The position numbers were made by a program, and so were the translations under genes. From the sequence record NC_048177.1: a DNA stretch of 42,291 nt. One strand, given 5' to 3'. The DNA comes from Escherichia phage Lidtsur. The notes beneath the pieces were generated by a model. That model was given only the letters and a program-made list of their open reading frames with translations, searched no databases and had not been told where the DNA came from. Positions 6,680 to 16,013 of the stretch are shown piece by piece. Position 1 is the first letter of the stretch, and each line of letters starts with the position of its first letter.

Positions 6680-7389
6680 GAAAGACAGTGAGCAATGACG
6701 AATGGCCGGAGCTGGCGAGGCGTCTGCCGATAGGACAAAAGCGTCGGACGTTTCACGCTTGCTCGCGCTCATTCAGTAAGACCAACTTTGAGTATGGCCG
6801 GAACAGCGAGGGCGTATGGTGCAAGTGCCACCGCTGCGGCCACTCTGATTTTCAACCCCTCAACCATGCACCATACATACCGCCAGCCAAAGAGCAGGTG
6901 AAGGTGCCGACTGATGTTGTCCCTCTCATTGAGGTGATAGCCAAACAGCCGGGACTTCTGCTGCCAGCGCTGGAGAAGAATGAGCTGCTGCCACACCTCA
7001 GTGTGCTGACTGCCAGCCCAACGTATGGGCGTATCTATCTGCCGGATAATTCGGCCAGCTACTGTGGTCTGGATTATACCGGGCGGCAGTTCATACCGTG
7101 GCGCTCGCCACACAACCACCTAATGGCAGTGACTGTCACCAACCACGATGAGGATGAGACGCGAGGCATATGGATTTACGATGCCGCCGCCGACTATCTT
7201 GAGCATGTGCGTAGAGGTGACAGAGTGGATGGCAACGCCGCGTTCGTAGCCAATGCAGATGATGCCACCATACGCGCTCTGGTTAGCGTTGTGCTGGCCA
7301 ATCGCTATGAAGTGATATCAATACACCACCACCAAAGCGACAGGCTCAGACGCGAGCTGAGAGTGTGTGGCAGGGTGCGAACAATATAG
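6676..7389 (+). CDS. putative DNA primase (zinc-binding N-terminus)
   Basis: ATG overlapping upstream stop (ATGA); Cys/His cluster HAC...CKCHRC near N-terminus; sits directly upstream of the helicase as in phages with split primase and helicase. Confidence 0.5.
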   Translation: MRKTVSNDEWPELARRLPIGQKRRTFHACSRSFSKTNFEYGRNSEGVWCKCHRCGHSDFQPLNHAPYIPPAKEQVKVPTDVVPLIEVIAKQPGLLLPALEKNELLPHLSVLTASPTYGRIYLPDNSASYCGLDYTGRQFIPWRSPHNHLMAVTVTNHDEDETRGIWIYDAAADYLEHVRRGDRVDGNAAFVANADDATIRALVSVVLANRYEVISIHHHQSDRLRRELRVCGRVRTI

Positions 7390-7398
7390 GAGGGTAAT

Positions 7399-8664
7399 GT
7401 GCTTGATAAACTGTTGCTCTCTGTCATGCGCGAGCGGGGTAAATACAATACCCTGCGACACGCCATTCCAGAGGACATGATGAGCCAGACTACCAGCTAC
7501 ATGCTGCGTGCATATGGCTCATACTTCGAGGCGTTTCCAGATTCAGACTATGTGGATATGGATACGCTTGGCACACACGTCCGGCTCAAGACGGGTAGCA
7601 CGCCTGAACAGATGGCGGCGTTTGAGTCTTTGTGCCAGCAGCTCCGGGAGTATCAACCAACCAAGCCGCAGGTAGAAGGAATCATTGACCAGTTAGTCGA
7701 GCTGGATACAGCGGGCAAGGTTAACCTCCTTGCTCAGAGGTACGACAATGGTGAGGAAATTGATTTTATCTACGAGCTTGGGCGTCTTGCTGAGGGCGCA
7801 CGTCGCAGCCGGGGGCAGTCATCTATCACTGATTACGTGGACGATGATGTGGTTGATATTATTAATCGCACGGATGACGACCACGGTTTCAAGTTCGGTC
7901 TTATCTGCTTGCAAGACAGTGTGCGCGTGCTTCTCCCCGGCGACTCAGTTGCCATCGGCGCTCGACCCGACAGCGGGAAGACTTCCTTCCTCGCGTTTAA
8001 CCTTACGAGAATGGCGGCGCAGGCGCACAAGCTGCATCCGGGCAGGCCAATCCTGTGGTTCAACAACGAGGGGCAGGGCATCAATATCATCCCGCGCATC
8101 TACCAAGCGGCGTTGAAGTGCACGCTCCCTGAGTTGAAGGAGCTGGGTAAGGACAGAAAGAAACTCCACGAGAAGTATGCCAAGGCCATCGGTGCGCCAG
8201 CCAACATCATCCGCGTCAAGGATATGCACGGCGCTACTCTGGCCAAGGCTGAGCAAGTCATTGAAGCAATGAATCCCTGCATCGTGGTATGGGATATGCT
8301 GGCCAACTTCAAGCTGTCCGTGGCTGACGCGAACAGTAACAAAGCCAGCCAAGTCGAGCAACTCTGGCAGGAGGTACGTGAGCTGGCGGTGCGGCATAAC
8401 TTCGTATCAATAGCTACGGTTCAAGTATCCGCAGATGGTGCCGACGATATGTTCCCTGCGCTGGATGCACTCAAGGATTCCAAGACTGGTATCCAAGGTG
8501 CGACCGATGTGATTGTCATGCTCGGTTCGGTTGACGACCCGGCGCTGGCAGCACGGCGCGGTGTGAGCACTCCGAAGAACAAGCGGCAGGTGGCTGGGCG
8601 TCCATCCAACATCCGGTCGCAGGTTCATTTCTATGCAGACAAATGCCAATTCGAGGATATGTAA
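7399..8664 (+). CDS. DnaB-like replicative DNA helicase
   Basis: GTG start after AGGAGGG; Walker A GARPDSGKTSFL (DnaB-type) and Walker B-like IVVWDML. Confidence 0.85.
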   Translation: MLDKLLLSVMRERGKYNTLRHAIPEDMMSQTTSYMLRAYGSYFEAFPDSDYVDMDTLGTHVRLKTGSTPEQMAAFESLCQQLREYQPTKPQVEGIIDQLVELDTAGKVNLLAQRYDNGEEIDFIYELGRLAEGARRSRGQSSITDYVDDDVVDIINRTDDDHGFKFGLICLQDSVRVLLPGDSVAIGARPDSGKTSFLAFNLTRMAAQAHKLHPGRPILWFNNEGQGINIIPRIYQAALKCTLPELKELGKDRKKLHEKYAKAIGAPANIIRVKDMHGATLAKAEQVIEAMNPCIVVWDMLANFKLSVADANSNKASQVEQLWQEVRELAVRHNFVSIATVQVSADGADDMFPALDALKDSKTGIQGATDVIVMLGSVDDPALAARRGVSTPKNKRQVAGRPSNIRSQVHFYADKCQFEDM

Positions 8665-9008
8665 TGAGCACAATCAAAGTAGGCGACCGCGTTCGTAACT
8701 GTGATACCAAGAGCGTGCACTACGGCGCGACTGGTACTGTCGTTGACATTGATGCCAAGTGCATCAGCATCAAGCGTGATGATGGCGCTCGCGGCTCCGG
8801 CATCTACGGCTCGTGGACTGCACGACCTGAATGCTGGGAGCTGCTGGTAGAGGCCGCAGAGCCTGTACCCCAGCCGGAAGACTGGAGCTATGGTGAGGCT
8901 GAGCGTCTCTATCAGGAAGCGTGCACTGCCATTGAGACGTACAATCAGTACGTTCTGCGCAAGCCGACGACCAGCTACATGACTGCTGGCCTGCCGAGCA
9001 AATGGTAA
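8664..9008 (+). CDS. hypothetical protein (114 aa)
   Basis: Internal ATG of track ORF overlapping the helicase stop by 1 nt; GAGGA SD. Confidence 0.5.
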   Translation: MSTIKVGDRVRNCDTKSVHYGATGTVVDIDAKCISIKRDDGARGSGIYGSWTARPECWELLVEAAEPVPQPEDWSYGEAERLYQEACTAIETYNQYVLRKPTTSYMTAGLPSKW

Positions 9009-9172
9009 AGGGGCGCAGCTACCGCCGTTGCTCTTGCGGCGGATGCCTGCTGGTCGAGCAGGTCAAGGGCAAGGCCACTGGCAAGACGCTGGTGATTTAT
9101 GAATGTGAGAAGTGTGGGGAGAAGCAGTATGGAAGAACGCACGTATCGAGCAGTACCTTTAAGCCTGCGTGA
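9002..9172 (+). CDS. possible small zinc-ribbon protein (56 aa)
   Basis: Read from sequence: MVKGRSYRRCSCGGCLLVEQVKGKATGKTLVIYECEKCGEK...; two Cys pairs (CSCGGC, CEKC); overlaps neighbours. Confidence 0.3.
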   Translation: MVKGRSYRRCSCGGCLLVEQVKGKATGKTLVIYECEKCGEKQYGRTHVSSSTFKPA

Positions 9173-9320
9173 GCAAGAGATAATCCGAGCGCAGTACCGC
9201 AAGGGTGACTCGTTCCGTGGCGCTGAGGCGCTGGCCGAGCGTTTCAATGTACCGCCTGCCGACGTAGTGGCAGTGGTTAACTACACCTACCGCAAGGGGA
9301 AAAAGAAAAATGTTCAGTAA
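9129..9320 (+). CDS. hypothetical protein (63 aa)
   Basis: Internal ATG of track ORF 9099-9320 after GGGGAG; overlaps the candidate zinc-ribbon ORF in another frame. Confidence 0.35.
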   Translation: MEERTYRAVPLSLREQEIIRAQYRKGDSFRGAEALAERFNVPPADVVAVVNYTYRKGKKKNVQ

Positions 9321-9981
9321 TGCAGAAGCAAAGCGTGCATGGGCGCGTGAGATTTGTCATGTGTTGCAGGGCGAAGGGTTGAGCTTTGTTGTCGCAGGGG
9401 GTGGGGCAAGGGACACTGCGCTTGGCATCGAGCCTAAAGACTTCGACGTTGTGGTGTATGGCTGGGGCAGCAACGTTGATGAGATAGCTCGTAAGCTGGA
9501 CTGGCTTGATAGTCTGCTTGAGCGGTATGCCCGCGAGCAGGAAATCAACTACGAGTACATGCCAAGCTATCATGATGCAGCAGAGGGTGGCGACTTCGGC
9601 TCCCGGCTGTACGGCGTGTACAAGGTTGGCCCGGTCGATGTAATCATAAGCAAGTGCGGCGCGTGGTCGCAGGTGCTGGCTGAGTTCGACTTAAACCTGA
9701 ACCAGTTCTACTTCCCGTCCAGCATCCCGCGTTACTCTGGTCAGTACAGCCGTGACCCCGGAGACTTCATGGCGTACCCGTACCATCCAGACCTGACGGC
9801 TGCGGATGTTGAATGGTATCCGGCTGTTGCCAATCAAGCTCAGTCGTATGATGAGCTGCTTACTCTGCGAGTCGTACGTCCTGATACCAGCCTCAGCCGC
9901 AGGGTGTACATCGAGCAGAAGCACCACGACAACTACGAAGCACTGGTCGCGTTTGTTAAGCGCAAGTCCGGTGCATCATGA
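9310..9981 (+). CDS. nucleotidyltransferase with CCA-adding enzyme / poly(A) polymerase-type head domain
   Basis: VVAGGGARDTALGIEPKDFDVVV closely matches the class II tRNA-NT/PAP signature (cf. E. coli PcnB [20 protein letters not shown]); only 223 aa, so head-domain-sized. Confidence 0.6.
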   Translation: MFSNAEAKRAWAREICHVLQGEGLSFVVAGGGARDTALGIEPKDFDVVVYGWGSNVDEIARKLDWLDSLLERYAREQEINYEYMPSYHDAAEGGDFGSRLYGVYKVGPVDVIISKCGAWSQVLAEFDLNLNQFYFPSSIPRYSGQYSRDPGDFMAYPYHPDLTAADVEWYPAVANQAQSYDELLTLRVVRPDTSLSRRVYIEQKHHDNYEALVAFVKRKSGAS

Positions 9982-10029
9982 TTACCTTCGTGGGGTTGTG
10001 TGCAGTTTTCCTGTTAGTGGAGTGGTACT

Positions 10030-12489
10030 GTGAGAGTGCAGATAATCGACGTCGAGACAGAGAACAATGATTGGTTCGGTGAGCTGGCATCGCCACGCTG
10101 CCCGGACAATTATGTTGTCATGCAAGGCCAACGAGACTGCGAACTGACCAAGGATGGCTGGGAGTTCTATGAGCGCGAAGAGTATCGGTACTCGTCTAAG
10201 GAAGACTGGGCAGAGAACAAGTCTCTGCACCTGCATCCTGATACGAAGATGCTGGTAGCCCATAACGCGCCGTACGAATTAAGCTGGTGGTTCATGCACT
10301 ATGGGGATGAGTTCATTGACTTCCTCAAACGTGGTGGCCGTGTGTTCTGTACAGCGTACGCCGAGTACCTGCTGACACACCAGCAATCCCAGTACCCATC
10401 CTTGAACGAGACTGCCCCGAAGTATGGCGGTACTCACAAGGTTGATGCAGTCAAAGCAATGTGGGAGGCAGGTTATCTCACAAGCCAGATTGACCCTGAG
10501 CTGTTGAGTGAATACTTATCAGGGCCGAGCGGCGATATCGAGAACACCACGAAGGTGTTCGTCGGGCAATGGAAGGAACTTGAAAAGCAAGGGATGTTGA
10601 AGATGGCGCTCACTCGCATGGAAGGTATGCTGATGTGGGCGTACATGATGCACTCCGGTCTGCACGTAGACCGCGAGGTTGCCGAGCGCAATCGCCAAGA
10701 GCTGATGACGCAAATCAATGAGCTGACTGATAAGCTGCTGGACTACCTGCCGGACGACATGCCGCAGGAAGCCCGCGAGCAATTCAAGTTCACGTCTGCT
10801 TATCACATGAGCGCATTCGTATTCGGCGGCGTGTTCAAATACAAAGCCCGTGTACCGCGCACGGACGACGGTGGCAATCCTATCTATGTGAAGGTTGACG
10901 CACCGCTGTTCAAGCGCGGCAAGGAGAAGTGGTTGAAGCACAAGGATGAGTGCGTGTTCGATGAAGAGTCCGGGCTATGGTATGACCCGGTAGAGAAGGT
11001 GCACCAGTGTCTTTACACGGCTGGCAAGTTCAAGGGTGAACCCAAGTACGAGCGGCTGGCCACCGATGAGGTGGACATGAAGTGGGGCGAGCTGACCTGT
11101 AAGCTGCCCGGTCTGCTGCGCGACAAAGATAGGCGAGCGCGTGAGATTGCAGACAACCTTCTGTGGGAAGACCCGAAGCGTCCGGGCGAATATCTGCGGC
11201 GCACTGGTGATTGGGTAGGTAAGCGTAAGCTGGCTGATGGCACCCCGGTGTTCAGTACAGCAGGCGAGGTGCTGGACATTCTGGCAGCGCGTAAGATTCC
11301 CGGCGTCGTTGAGATTGCCGACCGCGCTAAAGCACAGAAAGACCTTGGCACCTACTACCTGAGCGAGACGTTCGATGAGGAAGGTAATGTTACTGGTCAG
11401 TCTGGTATGATGCAGTTCATCCAGCCGGACGGTATCGTACACCACACCATCAACATGACCGCCACCGAAACTACTCGACTCTCATCGGCTCGACCAAATA
11501 GCCAGAACCTTCCACGCAAAGGCACGAGTAAAGTTAAGCAGATGTTCACCTCCCGGTTTGGGCCGGACGGTCGCATCGTTGAGGCTGACTACTCAGCGCT
11601 GGAAGTAGTAGGGCTGGCGGGATTCAGTAAGGACAGGAACCTCGTCAAAGCTCTGATGGATAACATCGACATGCACTGTATGCGTCTTGCCGCGCAGCTC
11701 AATGAGGACTACGAAGAGGTCAAGCGTAAGGCTAAGGATGAGTCACATCCTGAGCACGAGCGCTATAGCCAGATGCGTACAGACATTAAGCCCAAGGCAT
11801 TCTCGTATCAGTATGGTGCGACGGCGCGAGGTATCGCGTACTCCACTGGCTGCACTGAGGAAGAGGCGCAGGCATTCATCGACAACGAGAAAGCCCTGTT
11901 CCCGGAAGTGGAATCATGGTTTGAATCGGTTATCTTCCCGGCTGTGGAGCGCAGCGGTCAGAGCAATATCTTCAAGGAGCAGGATGAGAATGGACGGTGG
12001 TGCGTCTACCGCCGTGGCTTCTTCAAGTCTCCGGGTGGTACGTGTTACTCATTCCGTCAGTATGAGAAATGGGATAGCGCAGCCCGCAGTTACTTGATGA
12101 TGTACAAGCCAACCCAAATGCGTAACTATCCGATTCAGGGTGAGACAGCGTTTTGGGTGCAGGGTATCGGTGGCCTGTTGTTCCGCTGGCTGCTGGCCAA
12201 TGACTTCTTTGGTGGGCGCGTGGTTCCCATCAACCAAGTGCATGACGCATTCTATTTCGACATAGCGCCTGACTGCCCGCATGAGTTCTTCGTTGGACTC
12301 AAGGCAATCATGGAGTGCATCCCGGAATACTTCAACCACGTATGGCCTGAGTATGACCTGAGAGTTCCGTTCCCGGCAGAGGTGGAAGCAGGCCCAAGCA
12401 TGTATGAGAAGCACCACGTAGAGACGACAGCCGAAGAAGTGCTGGAGTTCAAATGTAATTTCCTGAAATCTAAGGGTATCAAGATATGA
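10030..12489 (+). CDS. family A DNA polymerase with 3'-5' exonuclease domain
   Basis: GTG start after GGAG; Exo I IIDVETE; Pol motif A DYSALEVV, motif B KAFSYQYGA, motif C QVHDAFYFD; 819 aa. Confidence 0.9.
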   Translation: MRVQIIDVETENNDWFGELASPRCPDNYVVMQGQRDCELTKDGWEFYEREEYRYSSKEDWAENKSLHLHPDTKMLVAHNAPYELSWWFMHYGDEFIDFLKRGGRVFCTAYAEYLLTHQQSQYPSLNETAPKYGGTHKVDAVKAMWEAGYLTSQIDPELLSEYLSGPSGDIENTTKVFVGQWKELEKQGMLKMALTRMEGMLMWAYMMHSGLHVDREVAERNRQELMTQINELTDKLLDYLPDDMPQEAREQFKFTSAYHMSAFVFGGVFKYKARVPRTDDGGNPIYVKVDAPLFKRGKEKWLKHKDECVFDEESGLWYDPVEKVHQCLYTAGKFKGEPKYERLATDEVDMKWGELTCKLPGLLRDKDRRAREIADNLLWEDPKRPGEYLRRTGDWVGKRKLADGTPVFSTAGEVLDILAARKIPGVVEIADRAKAQKDLGTYYLSETFDEEGNVTGQSGMMQFIQPDGIVHHTINMTATETTRLSSARPNSQNLPRKGTSKVKQMFTSRFGPDGRIVEADYSALEVVGLAGFSKDRNLVKALMDNIDMHCMRLAAQLNEDYEEVKRKAKDESHPEHERYSQMRTDIKPKAFSYQYGATARGIAYSTGCTEEEAQAFIDNEKALFPEVESWFESVIFPAVERSGQSNIFKEQDENGRWCVYRRGFFKSPGGTCYSFRQYEKWDSAARSYLMMYKPTQMRNYPIQGETAFWVQGIGGLLFRWLLANDFFGGRVVPINQVHDAFYFDIAPDCPHEFFVGLKAIMECIPEYFNHVWPEYDLRVPFPAEVEAGPSMYEKHHVETTAEEVLEFKCNFLKSKGIKI

Positions 12490-13418
12490 CCAAGCCGAGT
12501 GTATTGAATCGCTTTAATGCTACCGTAGAGCAGTTCGTTGAAGAAGAAGGTGTGGACTTTAACGAAGCCGTCGCTGGTGGTGGTGGTAAGCTGATGCCGG
12601 AAGGTAAGGCACTGGCACGCCTGATTCAGTATGTTGAAGTTGGGCCGCAGCCCATCAAGCAGGATGCAAGCAAGCCGCCTGTCAATAAGTTCTTCCTCAA
12701 GTTCGCAGTGTGGGGTAAGGGCAAAGACAAGCAATCCACCTTCCATGAAGTTGTGGATGGTAAGATGGTTCCCGGCGTAATCCGCACTCAGATGATTGCT
12801 GTGAAGAAAGACCTGAACAGTAAGTCAGGGGCATACAAGCTGTTCAAACGTATGAACCCGGACAAGACTGCTAAGCATTTCGCTCAGCTCATCAACGGCA
12901 CATTCATCCTGCCTATCGTCCACAACGAAAGCGGTGAGGGCGAGAACAAGAAAGTCTACGCTAACATTGACTTAGAGAATATCAGCCTCGCGGTCAACCC
13001 GGTAACTGACGAACCGTTTGACGTGCCGGAAGTGGAAGACGAATCTCTGTTCAAGCTGTTCCTGTGGAACCGTCCGAGCAAAGAGGACTGGGAATCCCTG
13101 TACATCGAAGGTAAGAACGATGAAGGGAAATCGAAGAACTGGATTCAGGATACCCTGCTGTCCAGCCCTGAGTTCCCCGGCTCTCCGCTCGACCTGCTGC
13201 TGAATGGCGGTGGCGCTGGTTCGGCTATCTCTGAACTGCCTGAGCTTGACGAGCCTGAGCAGGAAGAAGTCAAAGAGGTAACGCCGCCGCCGGAAGAGCT
13301 GCCAGTCAAAGGCAAGGGTGGTGCCAAGGGTGCCAAGGGTGCGAAGAAAGGTAGCGAAGAAGCCAAGCCTGAGCCAGACGTAACTGGTGAAGCTGACTTC
13401 GGACTGCCATCCCTGTAA
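12486..13418 (+). CDS. hypothetical protein with K/G-rich repeat and acidic C-terminal region (310 aa)
   Basis: ATG overlaps polymerase stop (ATGA); low-complexity GKGGAKGAKGAKKG followed by acidic tail; function unknown. Confidence 0.6.
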   Translation: MTKPSVLNRFNATVEQFVEEEGVDFNEAVAGGGGKLMPEGKALARLIQYVEVGPQPIKQDASKPPVNKFFLKFAVWGKGKDKQSTFHEVVDGKMVPGVIRTQMIAVKKDLNSKSGAYKLFKRMNPDKTAKHFAQLINGTFILPIVHNESGEGENKKVYANIDLENISLAVNPVTDEPFDVPEVEDESLFKLFLWNRPSKEDWESLYIEGKNDEGKSKNWIQDTLLSSPEFPGSPLDLLLNGGGAGSAISELPELDEPEQEEVKEVTPPPEELPVKGKGGAKGAKGAKKGSEEAKPEPDVTGEADFGLPSL

Positions 13419-13453
13419 TCGGTGTAGGCACAAGGATGTGCCGTGGAGGTTCC

Positions 13454-13651
13454 ATGCGTGAACTTGAAGAGGGCGAGGTCATCTACTACGACGACCCGCG
13501 CAGCATGTCAATAGTAATCAAAAGCCGAAACGAGAGAGTAGAGATGAGCTATGAGATGTTCTTCACGCTCAAGCGAATGTTTGAACAACAGGTAATGGAG
13601 AGAGTCGATGAGCAAATTAAGTCGCTTGTTGTCGGCGGCGGGGGCTATTGA
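13454..13651 (+). CDS. hypothetical protein (65 aa)
   Basis: Internal ATG of track ORF 13436-13651 preceded by GGAGG. Confidence 0.4.
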   Translation: MRELEEGEVIYYDDPRSMSIVIKSRNERVEMSYEMFFTLKRMFEQQVMERVDEQIKSLVVGGGGY

Positions 13652-14585
13652 TGAAGACCAATTCGACGGCTACGTCTCAGGGCGCATACTTCTTTGCGAC
13701 GCAGACTCAACAGTGTATGTGGCCGCAGCCACCACGAAGAGTATTGAGACGGCGAAGACGCGCTTCTGCTCCGGCGTGCTGACTGCTAAGTTCCTTGCCA
13801 ATGCACAATCGGTGCGTATCGAGCTGACTGCTGCGGAGTGCAAGAAAGCTGGCCGCTACAAGCTGCGGGGTGTCAAGCTGTATCAGGGCAACCGGGACAA
13901 AGAGAAGAAGCCGGGACTGGTTGAGCCATTGCGCAAAGCGATTGGCCGCAACATGTTCAACGTACCTGATGGTGAGGATTGGTACGTCCACCTGAACTTT
14001 GAGTTCGAGGCTGACGACACCTTAATCATGGACGCTTGGACTATCGGTATTGACGACGCTGTTATCTATAGCGCTGACAAAGACCTGCGTTGCTGGCCGG
14101 GTAGATTCCTTGACCCGTACGACAACAAAGTGCTGGAGCCATGCAAAGGTATCGGCACCTTGTGGTGGCATGAGACGAAGAGTGACAAGTCTCTGGTCGG
14201 CCACGGCCCCCTGTTCTTTTGGGCGCAGATGCTGATGGGCGATTCCGCCGACAACATCTCAGGCGTCAAGGGCATTGGCAAGCAGACAGCTTACGACATG
14301 CTTGAGCAATATTGCGAGAGCGATGATGAGTCTGCTGTTGCTGAGTTCGTGCTTCGTGAGTACATGAGGCGTGACCAAAATCCGTGGCCGGAAGCCGTAG
14401 CATTATGGCTGTACCGTACGCCGACCTACTCATTCGCAGCCCACTTAAACACGCTGACCTTGAGCAAGGAGCTGCGTGTCTGGCTGCATAAGAAACTGGG
14501 TGAGGAATGGTATGCAGAAAGTGACTGGCGCGACTCTATTGCAGCTTCGGAAGAATGCGATGGGTTGCAGTTGCCCGCTCTGTAA
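13608..14585 (+). CDS. 5'-3' exonuclease (FEN / RNase H-like flap endonuclease family)
   Basis: GDSADNISGVKGIGKQTA matches the helix-hairpin-helix signature of 5'-3' exonucleases; acidic EADD and SADKD clusters. Confidence 0.8.
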   Translation: MSKLSRLLSAAGAIDEDQFDGYVSGRILLCDADSTVYVAAATTKSIETAKTRFCSGVLTAKFLANAQSVRIELTAAECKKAGRYKLRGVKLYQGNRDKEKKPGLVEPLRKAIGRNMFNVPDGEDWYVHLNFEFEADDTLIMDAWTIGIDDAVIYSADKDLRCWPGRFLDPYDNKVLEPCKGIGTLWWHETKSDKSLVGHGPLFFWAQMLMGDSADNISGVKGIGKQTAYDMLEQYCESDDESAVAEFVLREYMRRDQNPWPEAVALWLYRTPTYSFAAHLNTLTLSKELRVWLHKKLGEEWYAESDWRDSIAASEECDGLQLPAL

Positions 14586-14892
14586 TCAGCCAATGACAGA
14601 CCTCAAGCTGATGGTTGTTGACCACGACCACAAGACTGGGGAAATCAGGGGTGTCATTTGCAGGTGGTGCAATGCGCAGCTTGGCAAGATGGAGAACGCC
14701 GCGAACAGAGCCAAGCGGGAACTGACCGTCGAAGAGTGGTTGGCCAATGCCATGACGTGGCGGCTGACCGCTCGCAGTGGTTTGATGTATCCGACCCACA
14801 AGTCGGAAGCAGAGAAGAAAGAGGCCGCCGCGCTTAAACGTAAGAAAGCGGCAGCGACAAAGGCACGCGCTGTAATCACGAAGGGGAAATAA
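14512..14892 (+). CDS. endonuclease VII-like Holliday junction resolvase
   Basis: CPLCN...VVDHDHKTGEIRGVICRWCNAQLG matches the endonuclease VII zinc-binding His-Me finger pattern; internal ATG with GAGGA SD preferred over the track GTG at 14476. Confidence 0.75.
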   Translation: MQKVTGATLLQLRKNAMGCSCPLCNQPMTDLKLMVVDHDHKTGEIRGVICRWCNAQLGKMENAANRAKRELTVEEWLANAMTWRLTARSGLMYPTHKSEAEKKEAAALKRKKAAATKARAVITKGK

Positions 14893-16013
14893 TGAAGCTG
14901 TCCGATGAGCAGTTGAAAGAAGATATGCTGGCAGGTCTTGGCACCAAGGCCATCGCCGACAAGCACGACATGACAGAAAGCGCTATCCGCTACCGTAAGC
15001 GCCAGCTTGCAAAGGGTGGTTGGAGTCCTGACCACGACATGACCAAGCAGGTGCCTGAGCCGTACATGGTTAAGGGTACGTCAACGCTGTATGACAAAGA
15101 CGGCAACGTCGCACTCCAGTGGGTTAAGACGGCGATAGACCATGAGCGTGAGCTGGCTCTGTTGCAGGAAGCAGTCGATGCTATCTGTGAAGAGATTAAG
15201 CCGGAGCAACCACGCCAGTACCGTGGCGGGCCAGCACCGAAAGAGTTGCTCGACCTGTTCATCCTGACAGACTACCACCTCGGTATGCTGTCTTGGGCGG
15301 AAGAGACTGGCGCTGACTGGGATATGAAGATTGCGGAAGACCTGCTGGTCAAGTGGTTCGCTGCTGCAATCGAAGCCGCGCCCCCGGCGCAAGTGGCCAT
15401 CCTCGGTCAGCTCGGCGACTTCCTGCACTGGGATGGTCTGGACGCAGTGACCCCATCGAGTGGTCATGTGCTGGATGCAGACACCCGGTTCCAGAAGCTG
15501 GTGCGTGTAGCCATTCGTGCGCAGCGCCGCATCATCGCAATGCTGCTGGACAAGTTCCCGCAGGTTCATGTGGTGTGTGCTGAGGGCAACCACGATATGG
15601 CCAGCTCTATCTGGTTACGTGAGATGCTGTACACGCTGTACGCTGATGAGCCTCGCGTCACTGTTGACCGTAGCCCTGACCCGTACTACTGCTATGAGCA
15701 CGGCGAGACTGCGCTGTTCTTCCACCACGGCCACAAGCGCAAAGCTGAGCAGCTTGAGACTGTGCTGGTGGCGAAGTTCCGCGAAGTGTATGGCAGAACC
15801 AAACATGCTTACGCTCACGTCGGGCACCTCCACCATAAGAAAGTGTTGGAGACTCCGGTGATGATTATCGAGCAGCACCAGACGCTGGCAGCTAAGGATG
15901 CTTATGCCTCGCGTGGCGGCTGGTTGAGTGAGCGTAGCGCCAGCGTTATTACTTATCACACACGATATGGTGAGGTTGCTCGCTTCACTATCAGCCCGGA
16001 GATGTTAAGTTGA
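14892..16013 (+). CDS. metallophosphoesterase-type DNA exonuclease with N-terminal HTH-like segment
   Basis: GNHD and FFHHGH motifs typical of calcineurin-like phosphoesterases; N-terminal LGTKAIADKHDMTESAIRYRKRQL resembles a helix-turn-helix. Confidence 0.6.
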   Translation: MKLSDEQLKEDMLAGLGTKAIADKHDMTESAIRYRKRQLAKGGWSPDHDMTKQVPEPYMVKGTSTLYDKDGNVALQWVKTAIDHERELALLQEAVDAICEEIKPEQPRQYRGGPAPKELLDLFILTDYHLGMLSWAEETGADWDMKIAEDLLVKWFAAAIEAAPPAQVAILGQLGDFLHWDGLDAVTPSSGHVLDADTRFQKLVRVAIRAQRRIIAMLLDKFPQVHVVCAEGNHDMASSIWLREMLYTLYADEPRVTVDRSPDPYYCYEHGETALFFHHGHKRKAEQLETVLVAKFREVYGRTKHAYAHVGHLHHKKVLETPVMIIEQHQTLAAKDAYASRGGWLSERSASVITYHTRYGEVARFTISPEMLS

